A stretch of 64,000 bases of DNA from Octopus vulgaris. Taxonomy: Eukaryota. Below are positions 24,545 through 38,469 of this stretch, in pieces (the first letter of the stretch is position 1; each line of letters opens with the position of its first letter). The position numbers and the translations under genes were made by a program. The stretch spans positions 74,648,001 through 74,712,000 of the forward strand of contig OX597823.1 in assembly GCA_951406725.2 (NCBI GenBank). The letters are read 5' to 3'. The notes below the pieces were generated by a model, which was not told where the DNA came from, ran no database searches, and was given only the letters and a program-made list of their open reading frames with translations.

Positions 24545-25591
24545 CATACATACATATACATATACACATACATATACATATACATGTGTGTGTGCATAGA
24601 TATCTTTATTTTGTTATGTAGATATTTTTATTTATATATATTGTATATAATATATTGTCATTAGTTAAAAGCTACATTTGCGCAACGTGTTGACGCAATC
24701 AGGATTCAATCAGAGGGTGGTGTTGTTGGGCTGAATGGTATGATAATTATTGTGCTGGTGGTCCCTATTATGACATGAGCTACATTTGGGCGTTGTGGAG
24801 GTGTATGTAGATGTATGTATTAGTGAGTTTATGGGTGGAGGGTGTAGCAGGGGAGAGATTAGAAATATAAGGATAGGAGAATATTTTAGGTAGTAAGTAA
24901 AAATTCGGACAGAAAACTGTAATTAAAAATGATTAAGAAGGAGTTAAAAAGGAAGAAAATTATTCTTGGTTTAATACAGAATAGTACTGAGGGTGGATGA
25001 GTGGGAAATACACACACACACACATACACACACACACATATATATATATATAATATATACTTCAAATAGAGTTAGAATTTATGAATTCTACCAACTAAGT
25101 GATACTATTTATCCAATATACTGCTGGTAGATTACCCAATTATTAATGCACAAGTCTTGGTTATTGCGTGGTAATGACACTACTGAGCGTAATAAATGGG
25201 TGAGGGTTAAGAGTGTTTTTACCCTTAATGTATACGGCTTGAAGAAAATGGATGGGATCCAGCGGTGGTATGCATTAAATGTTAGACATTATAATGTCTA
25301 TATATTTTAAACAATTATGAGAATATATATACAAGTGTTGGTACTTTATATATGTAAAACACAATCTTTACACCCGTATATATATTCTCCATAATTGCTT
25401 CAAATAAATAAATAGAACGAACGTTAAGTCGCTTCGATTAGTTTAAATTTTGAAAGGTGTATCATGAATTCCTATATTTGAAGACCGCCAAAATCGAGGG
25501 AATAAAATTGATTTCAACATACGAGATCTCACAATGTTTACCAAAATTGATTCAAATAGAAACTATACTTTATTCTGTTATTCTTTTATTT

Positions 25592-25812
25592 TTTTCAGTC
25601 ATTTGATTGTGGCAATGGTGGAGCACTGCCTTTAGTCGAGCAAATCGACCCCAGGGCTTATTCTTTGTAAGCGTAGTACTTATTATATCGTCCCTCTTTC
25701 CGAACCGCTAAGTGACAGGGATGTAAACACACCAGCATCGGTTGTCAAGCGATGTTTGGGGGGACAAACACAGATACAGACACAGACACACACAGACACA
25801 GACACACACACG

Positions 25813-25860
<48 letters not shown>

Positions 25861-26013
25861 CGACGGGCTTCTTTCAGTTTCCGTCTACCAAATCCACTCA
25901 CAAGGCTTTGATTGGCCTGATGCTATAGAAGACACTAGCTCTAGATGCCACGCAATGGGAGTGAACCCGAAACCATGTGGGCGGTAAGCAAGCTACTTAC
26001 CACAGAACCACTC
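25592..26013 (-). mobile_element. SINE family A, full length
   Basis: Same organisation as 9682-10074. Confidence 0.88.
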
Positions 26014-26021
26014 TTTATAAT

Positions 26022-26228
26022 ACTTTCTATATTTTGCTCAAGGCCAGGAGTATCTGTGGAAGGTGGTTAGTCGCTTACATCTAACTTAGTACATTACTGA
26101 TAATCGGCCTGGAAATTATGAAGGGCAATATTTTCCTCTGCGGTATCTGAAGTCAGAGCGTTAAAATTTGAAAGAAATACTACTAAGCATTTTGGCAGGA
26201 ACGCTAAGAATTCTACCAGCTCACCATC
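26022..26228 (-). mobile_element. Degenerate SINE family B
   Basis: gaaatactactaagcattttggcaggaacgctaagaattctaccagctcaccatctt matches the family B head in reverse. Confidence 0.65.
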
Positions 26229-29200
26229 TTGAACGAAACTAATATTAAACTTTCAAAATGTTGTTTTCCAACTGTAAATCAACATAAAAAAAATTCACTA
26301 AAATGAAGACAAAAACTATCCAACAAAACATAATACGACCACATGATATTTGTTGTAACTACTTCAAACTATAAACATATTTCTTCCGACGCGTTATCTT
26401 TCATCAGACACCCATTTCTTTCCTCTTTCTCTTCTCTGTTTTCCAACACAGACACATGCTAGTAAATGCTTGAAGTGCTATATAGCAAAAAGTACAAATT
26501 TCCCGAGAAGAATGCCTCATGCATACGAAATATCAAGTAAAAGCTGTGGACATCACGCACTTCTTTGGGAATAATTTATTTTATAATTAATTTTATTGGA
26601 TGAACAGTTTACTTCACATGATCTTGTTTACGTTTTATGCCATAGTGATTTAATATTCTAGCATTTCTAACAACAGAAATACTGTTATATAAAAAGTGCA
26701 CACCTTGTGTTCGGTATGTATACTATGCTTTCTTACTGTTGCCTTGCCTATCATATTTCGCATGTGAAATCGGAGGGTTTGGATGATGTTCAGTTGTACA
26801 TGAGTTATTTTTACGATATGTTCCAGGTATTTCCAAAAATAATATGTTCACATGAAATCCTCATTCATACCGCATCATACACACAAGACGCCCCTAAAAT
26901 AAATACAAAAGGCTGCAATCCGATGCGGGTGTTATGTATAAGTACATTTACAGTTTTATACACAAAATTCAGTTGTGAATTTATGTTGTTTACACCAATA
27001 AATCAGCGTTCATTATGTCTATAATAAATATGTAACTCCTCAGAATTTAATTATTTCCCAATCTTATTTAGAATTCCTGTTTGATTTATGTAATTTTCAA
27101 ATCATTTACTTAAATTAATTTTCAAGTTTGTTTACATACGTTAATACATTTTTGCCGTAATCTTTTCATTAAATTGGATAGTCTTGTTTCGATGAATTTC
27201 AATATAAATTTGCACATGTGATGATAGAAAAATATGTTTATTGCATGCGAATTCACTGTGATATTCGCAATATCATGCAGAACATACATTTACACTATTT
27301 ATACGTAAACATATCTGTCAAATCAATACACATAACTTTCTTAATGATTTTAAAATTTCATAGCTTAAACTAGAATTAAGATATGCGTATATACCTTTAT
27401 TAATTATCTTTATCTTTTCTAGTTCAAAAGCGTAAAATAGAAATAATAAACTTATTTAATTTCCAGAGCTAAATCAATAATCTTTAGATATAACTTATAT
27501 TTACATCAATAAATTATTTTAGTCATCCATAATTTATTTCATTATAGGAATTTTCAGAATTAATATCCTGTTTGACAACTGAACGTATGGCTTCTTATAT
27601 CGGCACTCAAATTAAGACTGTCCATTTCTCTATGTGTACAGAATTTATAAACAATATTTATTTTCATTACTTAGTTTACATTTAAATCCACAACAAATCA
27701 AACACAACAATCTATTACGAGAAAAAATATATCGTAAATTTGTGTTTTTAAAACAAATCTTCGAAAGGAATTGTAGTGGATAGTTTCTAGCATTCAGAGT
27801 GAATGGGTAACGGTAGAATTAATTACGAACAACATTTAAACTATGTCCCTAAACTATAAACTGCCCCGCACACACGCTTTCTCAAATGGAAATGATATGA
27901 CGCTGATATCCTTTCAACATTTTGGAGATATTTGTAGACTAATCCCAGACTGGCACCGAACATTAAAAAGTGCAGCTCATAAAAACTAAATTAATGAAGA
28001 AAATTGAAATTCTGGTACCTTCTTTCCAACTAGGAATATTATTGAAAGTTTTATCACAATACTGAGCATGGTTAAATATATGTATTGAAATAAAACTGCA
28101 TAGAAACACCAACATAGATTTAGTAATAATATGTAACACATTCAATGCATATACAACTTAGTAATTCTTGAGCTTCCTAAGATTCTGTCGGGTTGGATTC
28201 AGAATTAGATACTTCCTAAAGATACTACAATTAAATACAAAAAAGAAAAATAATATATATATCGCAAACTAGTAATTTACACATCGTTTACAGAAAGAAA
28301 CGGAATAAAAAAAGGAAGATACAAACAAAATTACACTGATTTAAGAACTTTGCTATCTTCACATTCATCAGTACTACTTGCAAAAGAATCTCTTATCGAT
28401 CACAGAAATCTACAATAATCTAAATACAAACAAACATTGCCTAAGCATATTAGATGGCAGAGTCTCACTTGATGTACATGGAACGATCAAACATCTACTA
28501 ACATTGCAGATGCAAGCACTTGATTAAGCACTTGTATTTTACAGATTCACACACCGGCAAATTGGGAGGCACAGTTCTTGCTCTACTCCGAAGCAAATTC
28601 CACATTGTGCCTCTTCCAGTGTCGTAACTCTAACTCTTATAAACTACAGATGTAATCTATCACTACTTAGAATTGTTTATCAGATGATGGATTAAGAATT
28701 GTATGAACATCCTTCCACCTTCTTTATGTGAATGTACATGCATAAGCTATTTTCATTGCAAGGTTACCTGGTATAAAAAAAATCTATAAACTGTGCTAAA
28801 TGTACGCATACACATTTAATTTTAGATCGAAAAATGTATCACGAACGCTGTTAAATTTGGGGGAAATAATCAAATTATATTGCAACTAGACAGGAGAGGA
28901 CTACGGTGTGATTTCAAAATGTTATACAATGTTTCTGTTCAGCGGAAGGATTTAAAGTTAAGAAAAGTATACATTGACCCAATGACATCTGATACATTTT
29001 GAGCTTCATAGTAGAAAATCTCAACAAAAAAATCATGATATATTGATGATGTGCTCAGGTTCTAATACACACACTGATCGGGATCATTCTTTGTGTATTT
29101 GAAATAACTGAGCAACTGTTAGTTCTGCGTATCATAATATTCGCTCAATACATTTTGACGGTGAAAATATCGTGAGTAGGTAATGTATACGTGAAATAAG

Positions 29201-30459
29201 TAAATCTAAGCGCGTTTATATATGAAGGGGGAAACTTGTGAATATATAAATGTTGCATGCCAGAAAGATCGTGAGAAGAAACTCTAGTAGTGAACCAGAA
29301 GCAGCATATATAATGTGCAATTCTGAGATATATGAAATATGTTTATGCAGATAACACATCGTATTGAAAATGCTAGGAATGATTTATAGAAATACAAATG
29401 AATCTGAGAAAGAAATGATATACGACCAAAGCAGAAATATGATAGAACTCTACACAATATATGAGAAAATAAAAATAAAAAAAAGCACATATGTTTAATA
29501 TCTCAGTTGGATATAGAATAGGTGTAAATCTTCCTAAAGGGGTATGTAATAAATTAACAGATATAGAATTTATTGCAGACTTGTTTAGGCTTTACGAGTT
29601 TGTGGCCGAATATCCCTTTGACAGAGCAAAAGTATTTCAGCACAGAGTGTCTTATCAAAATATTTGGGAAGAAAGTGAGGCTCCTTTCACCTATTTAAAC
29701 ACAACAAACGCATTGAATGTATAGGAATCTTTACTTGTATAAAGCTGTATTGAAATGTACGACAATTATGAGTTCGGAAAGTAAGTAATGTGTTTTACAA
29801 TCTTAGAATACGCCTGATTTCTCCACATGCAGATCATATACAACATTTAAAAAAAGCAGTTAAGAAGGCAGAATATAAGAAGCTTACTGATATGAACTAC
29901 ACACCAGTACAAACTAAGTTACAAATAGATGTTAAATGAATTACCAAAATATGCATGTAAATAAAGCACTTTATGATGCTTTAGGAGTAAAATGTAATAA
30001 GTTAGTGGCTGAAGTTACTCTGATGAAGAATTTCCTATGAATATAAAGCTACTAATGATTTGGTAAATTAGTATATTGGAAATGAAAATTCTTGTGTTAT
30101 TTAATAGAAATAAAAAGCCCTCATGTTTACGATGAATCATCTAAAATAAACGACCTTAATAATTTCGTAAATATCAGTTAAATGTGAAAGCGAAATACGG
30201 GGGAGAAGCACGGTTATCGCTCGGAACCTTCGTAGCTCTGGTGTATATACCATTCTCGAGATGCTTTCCAGACGATTTGAGACGTTTTCAGATGAGCAGG
30301 TATACCTATCGTAGGGTATTCCAATTTTAGTATATCATTACTATACATCGAATAAGCTGAACTGCCATCTTTTTATTCTAAACTGAATAAGACGGCTGCA
30401 ACAGCACGTCTAACACACCCTACTAAATACTACTTGTCACAGCTAACTATTTTACGGAA

Positions 30460-30880
30460 TGCAGTCGACACATATAGTCTATTAGAATCTCACTATGCGA
30501 TAAAGTTTTATGTTAAATTTGGCGTAAACGTTGCAAAAACGGATGACATGTTACAGACTCCTTATGGATTACCCAGTATGAGCCGACTGACTTCGTCGTC
30601 AAGAACTTGACAGTCTTATTTTTCGCGACATCATCTTCATCCTCTGGGTTCCCTCTATGGAGACGGTAAACAAAGCGTACTTTCGGGAATTTCGGCGGGA
30701 ATTGAGGAACAGATATCATCGCAAGAGATATCATCAGACCAATGCACAAGTTCCGATTCCATATCGATAACCGCCTACTTGATAGAGATCTATAATAATA
30801 CTGTTCCTCACTCAACATACAGTTCAGACCTTCCTGTAACTTTTCGTTGCAATCCATGCTGAAGCAGGTGAAGACGGTTC
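30460..30880 (+). pseudogene. Old mariner transposase relic
   Basis: YAIKFYVKFGVNVAKTDDMLQTPYGLPSMSR (mariner N-terminus), ETVNKAYFREFRRELRNRYHRKR, and VPHSTYSSDL (decayed YSPDL). Confidence 0.7.
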
Positions 30881-33504
30881 TGACAAGTATTCTCGGCACC
30901 TCAAATTTTAGGAATTCCATAGAATGTAGTATATTAACAGGAACGTTACACATTCACAGAAGTAAAAGGATCCAGATCCGATATCAATTCACTCATAAAA
31001 CCGCATTATTTCTAGTTATCAATCACTGCTCAGTTTTTTTCTGATACTTCTCTTTACATTTGTAACAAGTTTTCCTTAAATAAAGATTATTTAGAACACT
31101 TTTATGACGTGGCTCTTAAAATGATAGCTTTATGTTTTCTATTATATTACAACAATAGATTTTGCCACACTAATTATGTTTCTAATACTAATCATTTTAA
31201 CCAACTAAACATTCGTAAAATATAATAGATGGAGTTTACGTATTGAGACATTATTTCACAATTGCCCTTGTGGCACGACTGATACGTTTTGAAACATCAA
31301 TTATAAAGTTACAGGGTGCTGTGCATTGTCACAATATAGAAATTTTCAAAACCTTCCTACAGATTTAATAACTTAAAGGTAATTGTTGTATTCACTCACA
31401 AAATATATAAACCAAAATTAATATGTACGTTTTTGAGGCTCTTCAAATTCACCATTAGGATAATACAGCTTCTGTGTTAAGCTCACTTTGTCATCGTGCT
31501 GTTTGTCAATGAATACCAGTGTACAGGGTACCAGCATATTTGATATACCAATTTTAGTCATACTGTTTGCCATAATGATTCTCCAAAATCACAATTTGAT
31601 AGTAATTGCTCTCATCCATTAGAGCGTGAACATAATTTCTACATGTATATTATCTTAGAACACATATCGTGCATACGTTACAGGCAAATGTAGTCACTGC
31701 TTGAAATTTTCCTGTCATATGCTTTGTTTCCGTGGCACTCTGCGTTCATTCACAAAATGTTTTATATTTAGAAATATGTTACAGTGGAAATCATTTATAT
31801 AACAATACGAATGAATTTCAACTTCGATATTATTTTAATAATTTAGCCTTAAATGAAAAGTTATTAATATGATTTAAATATGTAATAATTAACCTGAATC
31901 ACAATGTGCAATTGCTTTATATCTGAAAAGATTTAACTGTCCTATACCATAGTTAGTTGGGTAAATGACAAACAAATTCTTTAAAAATAATTTAGGCATC
32001 TTAGCACAGAATAAAATATTCTGTAATCTAAAGATTACAGAAAAGTCATTAGTAAAGATGAATTGTTTCGAGATACCTTGCGTGTTTGAAAGTTTCTTCG
32101 TATTCGTGAATATGAGATAAACATACCAGGTCTCTACAAATAATTTTACATGGTTTCATTTTTCTTCTGAAGCACATCGCACAACCGCCTGAGGTCAGGT
32201 AGAATTTAATTACACGATATTATTTGGAAGCAAAATATTCTGCTAATAGTTTCTTTCTTTTTTTTTTCATACTTGAAAAGCAGTGAAACTTATTATCAAA
32301 AACAGTGTTTTTAGATATTCAAATATCATCCCCATTATATGTTTTCATCAGATATCGAACATTAACCACTAATTCAATTTCCAAATACATATACATATTA
32401 AACTAACATTTTTGAGATGAGAAATTGGAAAGAGAGCACAAGACTTTTCTTATGTACTTTCAGTTAATGTCTGTTTTTTAGATCATTTTCATGTTATGCA
32501 ATTAAAAAGCAGATTACATTTAGAAGGTGGAAGGTAAACATGTATTTATAGAAGGAAGTAAAAACATTTTCAATTATTTCTCAAAAATGGTTCTAATTCG
32601 CTTTAATTCACCGTTACTGCAAATATTTTTCAATGCTTTCTTCAGAGCCAGCAAAAGCATTTTTAATGTAAACATTAACATATTCAATTTTCCTCTTCTG
32701 TAAGTTATTACCGTCTCAAAGTATTCAACAACTGTACTTTGGAATACATTTTGTAAAAGCATGTATGTATACATGAGTGTCTGTATGTACAGCTATGCAC
32801 TCAGACAAACATTGATGATATGTTAACTTATATTTTTGAATATATCTGTGTATCTATTAATCTATCTATCTATTTATCTATCTAAGATTTTGGTACGTGA
32901 ACGTATATATATATTTGTGTTTTATATATATATATATATATATGCACACACACGCACGAACACAAACATGCACACACACACACACAAATATATGAGTAGG
33001 GGGATAAAGTGAGTGAGTGAGTGAGTGTGTGTGTGTGTGTATGTATCTGGCTGTCTGTCTGTTTCTGTGAGAGAGAGTGAGCAACTTATACATATAATAA
33101 TCATTGATGCTTCTGCATTTACAGTCCGGGTGAAAATATATTTCAAAGATATAGATTTCATACCTATACAACGTGTTTATTTTACATATAGGATAACATT
33201 GAATAATATGAAATGAACCTATCCTTGAATTTACTCGCATCTGGTAACCCTTTACGGTGTTAGCAGTCTTGTTTGCAGAAACCGATCACAAAAGCATGAA
33301 ATTCATGAAACCCTATGAATTAGAAACGGCGTTTGAATTCTTGAAACAAGATTAAGTTGGCAGCAACAACTCCTTACTTTCTTGGCACGAAAAACACGAA
33401 AGAGAAATTTAAAACCGGAAGGATTTTCACTCGGATCGTAAAGTCTTTACGTATATGCTGCAAGAAAATCAATCCAACCATTTAAGTTTTCTGGCAAATT
33501 ATTC

Positions 33505-33720
33505 TTTCTACTATAGACACAAGATCCGAAATTTTGGGAATAGTGGTTTAGTTAATTACGTCAACACCCCCTCCTAACCTGGCACTCACTACATCATCGA
33601 CCCCGAAAGGATGAACAGTAAAGCTGACCTCATAAGTGTTTGAACTGAGAATGTAAAGAACCGGAAGAAATGCGTAAGTATTTTATCAGCCGCGCGAATA
33701 ATTGTGCCAGCTCGTCACCT
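33505..33720 (-). mobile_element. Degenerate SINE family B
   Basis: atcgaccccgaaaggatgaa...tttgaactgagaatgtaaag...tgccagctcgtcacct. Confidence 0.72.
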
Positions 33721-35309
33721 CCATCCAGAAAAATAATGGTAGCAATATTTCATTTAGGCGATACATTGTTTTTAACGTGCAACAAAAAGCTTAAATATGA
33801 GTGGAAGACAAAACAAATTTAAATAGATCAATTGGTATGAATGCCTTACAATGAACATAATAAGAATTTGCTAAAATCACAAGTTATTTACTTATAAACA
33901 TACAAATATATATATAACCAAAATACACATAGATGAAAACCTATTAACCACTAAAGGCAGAGTATTGTATTCTATATATCCTACCCTTTCCTTCTCAGTT
34001 TGAACTGCCCAAAATATGTGTGTAAACACTTCTGTTAGGAAGCAACGAAACTGCCTTGGATGTCCTTTAGACACCTGCTAAAGATTATCAAATAGAATTT
34101 CGACATGGTTTTTCAGCAACCATGTTGTGTTAATGCTTTCATATCTGTTAGTGCTTTCAGTACTCTGTTCTCTCAAACGAGTTCCTACACTATTTTCGTT
34201 TACCTCCCTATTTATTTCATTGTTTCAATAAAATATCGTTTAAGCATTTTCGATACTGTGAAATTCTTTATTACCGAGAGAATTACGAGTATCAAAGATA
34301 TTATTTCTTCCTGTGTAAGTTCCGTCACACAGGTCCCCGCATTCATATTGTCACACAAAGATGCAGTGTTACTACAGACTTTAACCCGATATGTATGGAA
34401 TTAATTTTTTTGTCGAGGCAATGTTATCGACATCTGTGTTTTTGAAACTACTAGTTTCGTTGGAGGATAGTGCTGATACAGTAGGGTGCAGAACTTCATA
34501 ATATGCTGTTATTCCACCTAACAGTATTTTCCTGTGCAATCCGGGATTAAAATGCATTTAAGTAGACAAGTACAATCTGATTTCAGTTATCATAATCAAA
34601 GTTTTCCTGCAGCGGATGTGGTATAAATTTACAATATTTAGGTCTTGTTAAATCTTGTTTATCCGTATATAATCTACATAATGTGCGTTTATGGTTTGTG
34701 CCAATGCTTCCAGCCTGTCCATTGTGGCAGCAAAAGCAAATAAATGAATTGTCAACGTTGTCACAAATGACTTTTAACATAACCATTCATATGCTCTTAT
34801 TGTCATACGAATTTCTGAAATAGTGAGCAACATACAAGCTAGGCTTTTTCATTCTCATTCCTTTTCGTTAAAGGGTATTTTTATAGCGTGCCGTTCTATG
34901 TGCGTGCATACGTTTGTAGGTTCTCACGTATGTGTGTGCGTGAGTTTTTGCGTGAGTGTGTGCACATGTTGTTCTTCCGACATTAAACTATAACAATCAC
35001 TATATGAATGCAGATATTTTTGTGTTATTTCGTTTTCTTCTTGATTTTTTTTTCGGATATTCAAAATCTATTTTGGGTTATTTTACGTGAGTTTGAGCAG
35101 AAAATAGCAGCTCTGTTTTGAACGGATGTTATGAGCGTTGCTACATTTCTTTTTAATGAAAATTGTTGTTCTCCTAAAGGAAGACATATTGGATATTACA
35201 GGAAAGAATAAATTCAGAAAGAAAAAAAAGAAGAAATTGAAACAAAGATTCAGTCCACCAAGCTCATTTTGGAAGACGTGCCAAAATTTTAATATAAACT
35301 TCCATGTTC

Positions 35310-35480
35310 CATAACAATAACAATGACAAAAACAGCAACAATAGCAACATCACCATCATCAACAACAGCAACAACAACAACAGCAACAGCAGCAACAACA
35401 ATAATGGTGATGTTAATAATAATAATAATAATAATAAAGGTATGATGATATTGATACTACTACTACTAGTACTACTAATG

Positions 35481-35545
<65 letters not shown>

Positions 35546-35575
35546 ACTACTACCATCACCACCACCAATAATAAT
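35310..35575. repeat. Compound trinucleotide array (AAC/AGC/AAT/TAC/TGC)
   Basis: Seen directly. It produces the spurious poly-N/poly-L ORF. Confidence 0.9.
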
Positions 35576-36457
35576 CTACATCCAATAAATTTGTTTTATA
35601 ATCCAAAATTACTTCGAATTTATTATGACGACTGCGGGCTTGACAAATCTGAAACTACCAAAAGCTGAATTAATAATTTCCCGAGGGTATGCTTCTTCTA
35701 CAACTTCAAATATATTGAAAGTTAAGAGTGGAAAAATTCAAAGCGAGCTTCGCCAAAATCTCAAGTGCCTATCCTCACTTCTTTAAGATTCGCCTACCAC
35801 ACGGCTTTTTTCGCCATTACACACGGAGACACAAAAATAATGTTGACATCTTGTTAAATGGACGTAATACGGATCGGATTTAGTCAACATTTGGTGTCAT
35901 TCACAGTTTTAACATGTCGAAAAACTGAATTGCTCTTACTGGTTCTAAAGAGATGCTAGGGAAATTGTGAGCCATTTTGATGTAATGACTACGTTGGTTC
36001 ATTTGGTCTTGTAATTCCCGTTCCAAAATTCACTAAAAATGATCGATTACAAAAATACGCAATGGTTTTGCATGTATTTTTGTGTGTATGTGTGTTTGTA
36101 TGTGCGTGTGTGTGTTTGCATGTGTGTGAGTATGTGTGTGTTTGTGTATGTGTGTGTGTTCTCCACAGATGGTCAACGATGACAAACTCCCCCTGTGGGA
36201 TGAAGTTAAATAAAAGACAGAGAACACCACTGGAAAATACGAAAACTAAAAGACGCAGCACGTATTCTAGGACATAATAACCTTCTAAGAAGACTGAGTG
36301 CAGATATGAACAGCATAAGGGCACCGGTATTAAGGAAGGATAGGAGAGTATTAGATTTATAGGCCCTAAAATCCACTCCATAATTGCACAAGGGCATATG
36401 GCCTTCTTTTTAACTAACCCCAAGATTCAGAATTCAATTCCAAGCAGTGACCTGTAT

Positions 36458-36546
<89 letters not shown>

Positions 36547-36551
36547 TAATC

Positions 36552-36586
<35 letters not shown>

Positions 36587-36600
36587 AATACTACTACTAC

Positions 36601-36631
<31 letters not shown>

Positions 36632-36671
36632 TATAATAATAATAATAATAATAATAACAATAATAATAATA
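36458..36671. repeat. (AAT)n array
   Basis: Seen directly. Confidence 0.95.
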
Positions 36672-37130
36672 AGGCGAAAGAATTTGACAGGCGAAAGAAT
36701 TTGACAGGCGAAGGAATTTGACATGGCGAAATAATTTGACAAGCTCAGAAAATATAAAGACTTGCTCATTGAAATTGAGAAAATGTGGCATCTCAAGGTT
36801 GTTACAATATCAGTGATCGTAGGAGCCCTAGGAATGATCAAGAAGGGAACCCAAAATTATATGAGAATGATCCCTGGCTTACCATCCCTGCAAGAAGTGC
36901 AAAGGATTGTCTTAACTGGTACATCACACGTATTGAGAAGAGCATTGTCGATGTGAGAACTATTACTACCCATGTATTTTAATTTAACTTTATTTCTATC
37001 ACAAAAAAAATTTACGAACTAGTGAGTTTAGTTTAATGGCCTACCAATGTATACAATGAGTTTCTTTGCCCTAGGAGTCGGGAAGACGCTCGGCAAGAAA
37101 TGGAAGCAAATTTGAAAGAAGAAAAACCCA
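36672..37130 (+). mobile_element. 5'-truncated R4/Dong-type non-LTR element, copy 1
   Basis: DKLRKYKDLLIEIEKMWHLKVVTISVIVGALGMI..LQEVQRIVLTGTSHVLRRALSM* is a typical RLE-clade C-terminus. The 3' UTR runs into (AAT)n. Confidence 0.8.
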
Positions 37131-37141
37131 TAAACAACAGC

Positions 37142-37209
<68 letters not shown>

Positions 37210-37216
37210 TAATAAT

Positions 37217-37288
<72 letters not shown>

Positions 37289-37289
<1 letters not shown>

Positions 37290-37610
37290 GTGCTCGTAGG
37301 AGCACTAGGAATGATCAAGAAGGGAACCGAAAATTATATGAGAATGATCCCTGGCTTACCATCCCTGCAAGAAGTGCAAAAGATTGTCTTAAGTGGTACA
37401 TCACACGTATTGAGAAGAGCATTGTCGATGTGAGAACTGTTGCTGCTCATGTATTTTAATTTAACTTAAAAAATAAATAAATAAATAAATAAACGAACTA
37501 CTGAGTTTGGTTTAATGGCTTACCAATGTAAACTATGAGTTTCTTTGCCCTAGGAGTCGGGAAGACACTCGGCAAGAAATGGAAGCAAATTTGAAAGAAG
37601 AAAAAAAAAG
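37289..37610 (+). mobile_element. 5'-truncated R4/Dong-type element, copy 2
   Basis: Near-identical to about 36812-37125 and flanked on both sides by (AAT)n. Confidence 0.8.
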
Positions 37611-37669
37611 TAATAATAATAATAATAATAATAATCATAATAATAATAATAATAACAAATACAACAACA

Positions 37670-37856
37670 ACATCGAAAATTAACTTTGGACTGAGAACCC
37701 AAGTTCGAAACATCTCCAAGACACCTGATGAAGGCAGGAGGGTATTTTAGCCGGACCGTTGTTTTAACAACAAACAAGATGAGGACAAATAATATCCGTA
37801 ATGTAAGTAATGTTAACAATGTACATAATTCTTCATCTCTTAAATATAGAACTGTA
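37670..37856 (+). mobile_element. Short PLE-like remnant with a degenerate hammerhead motif
   Basis: acac-CTGATGA-a-ggc..gcc-GGACC-gtt-gttt at 37721-37765. Stem II is retained but the GAAA box is mutated. Confidence 0.45.
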
Positions 37857-38285
37857 TTATTAGGTAGCAGGTTAAATTTCCGAATACGCTCTCCTTCATA
37901 GAGCTAATATGTCATGGATATATGCCTTCCTGCTCATATTTCAGCTGCAGCTGAGTAGGTGAATAGCGCCATACCTGACTCCAGACCTCCTAAATTAAAT
38001 ATGGTTAACTAGTTGTTTGCCCTCGGTGGAATGATGAACAATTGGCCCAGGATTACTCACTGGGCAGGTGTTGCTTTGAAGTATCGAATACGCCGCTTTG
38101 AATTTCATATGACCTCAGAAGCTGAACAGAGGAGAGCAGCACATTAGGCAAGTGTAGCCATCACGACAGTAACTTTTGTTTCTATGATTGGACCTGGTCT
38201 TTTCCAAACTTTTCATGAAGGCTTCTAAAGGTGGCACTGTCTTTTGCTATCCTACCGTTCACTTAATCAACAACGTGAACACTCT

Positions 38286-38469
38286 TTGACATTATACTTC
38301 TGAGGCGAATCTCTCAACAGCTTTGAGAGGTAAATTATTGATTGTCAGGAGTAGTTCGACGCAAGGTTTGCCTGGAGCTCCAAGCAAACCTTGTGTTGAA
38401 CTACTCCTGACAATCAATAATTTACCTCTCAAAGCTGTTGAGAGATTCGCCTATGAAGTATAATGTCAA
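38286..38469. repeat. 184-bp spacerless palindrome
   Basis: Centre ggag|ctcc at 38377/38378. The 92-bp arms are in exact register with about 5 mismatched positions. Confidence 0.95.

Noticed and set aside
30513-30953. 146-aa minus-strand ORF
   Set aside because: It is antisense to the mariner relic and has no recognisable domain.
34583-34786. Cys-rich 67-aa minus-strand ORF behind a possible splice acceptor
   Set aside because: No recognisable domain, no supporting neighbouring exons, and the length is within chance expectation.
36672-36740. Short direct repeats as a CRISPR array
   Set aside because: There are no spacers, the context is eukaryotic, and the repeat derives from retroelement coding sequence.
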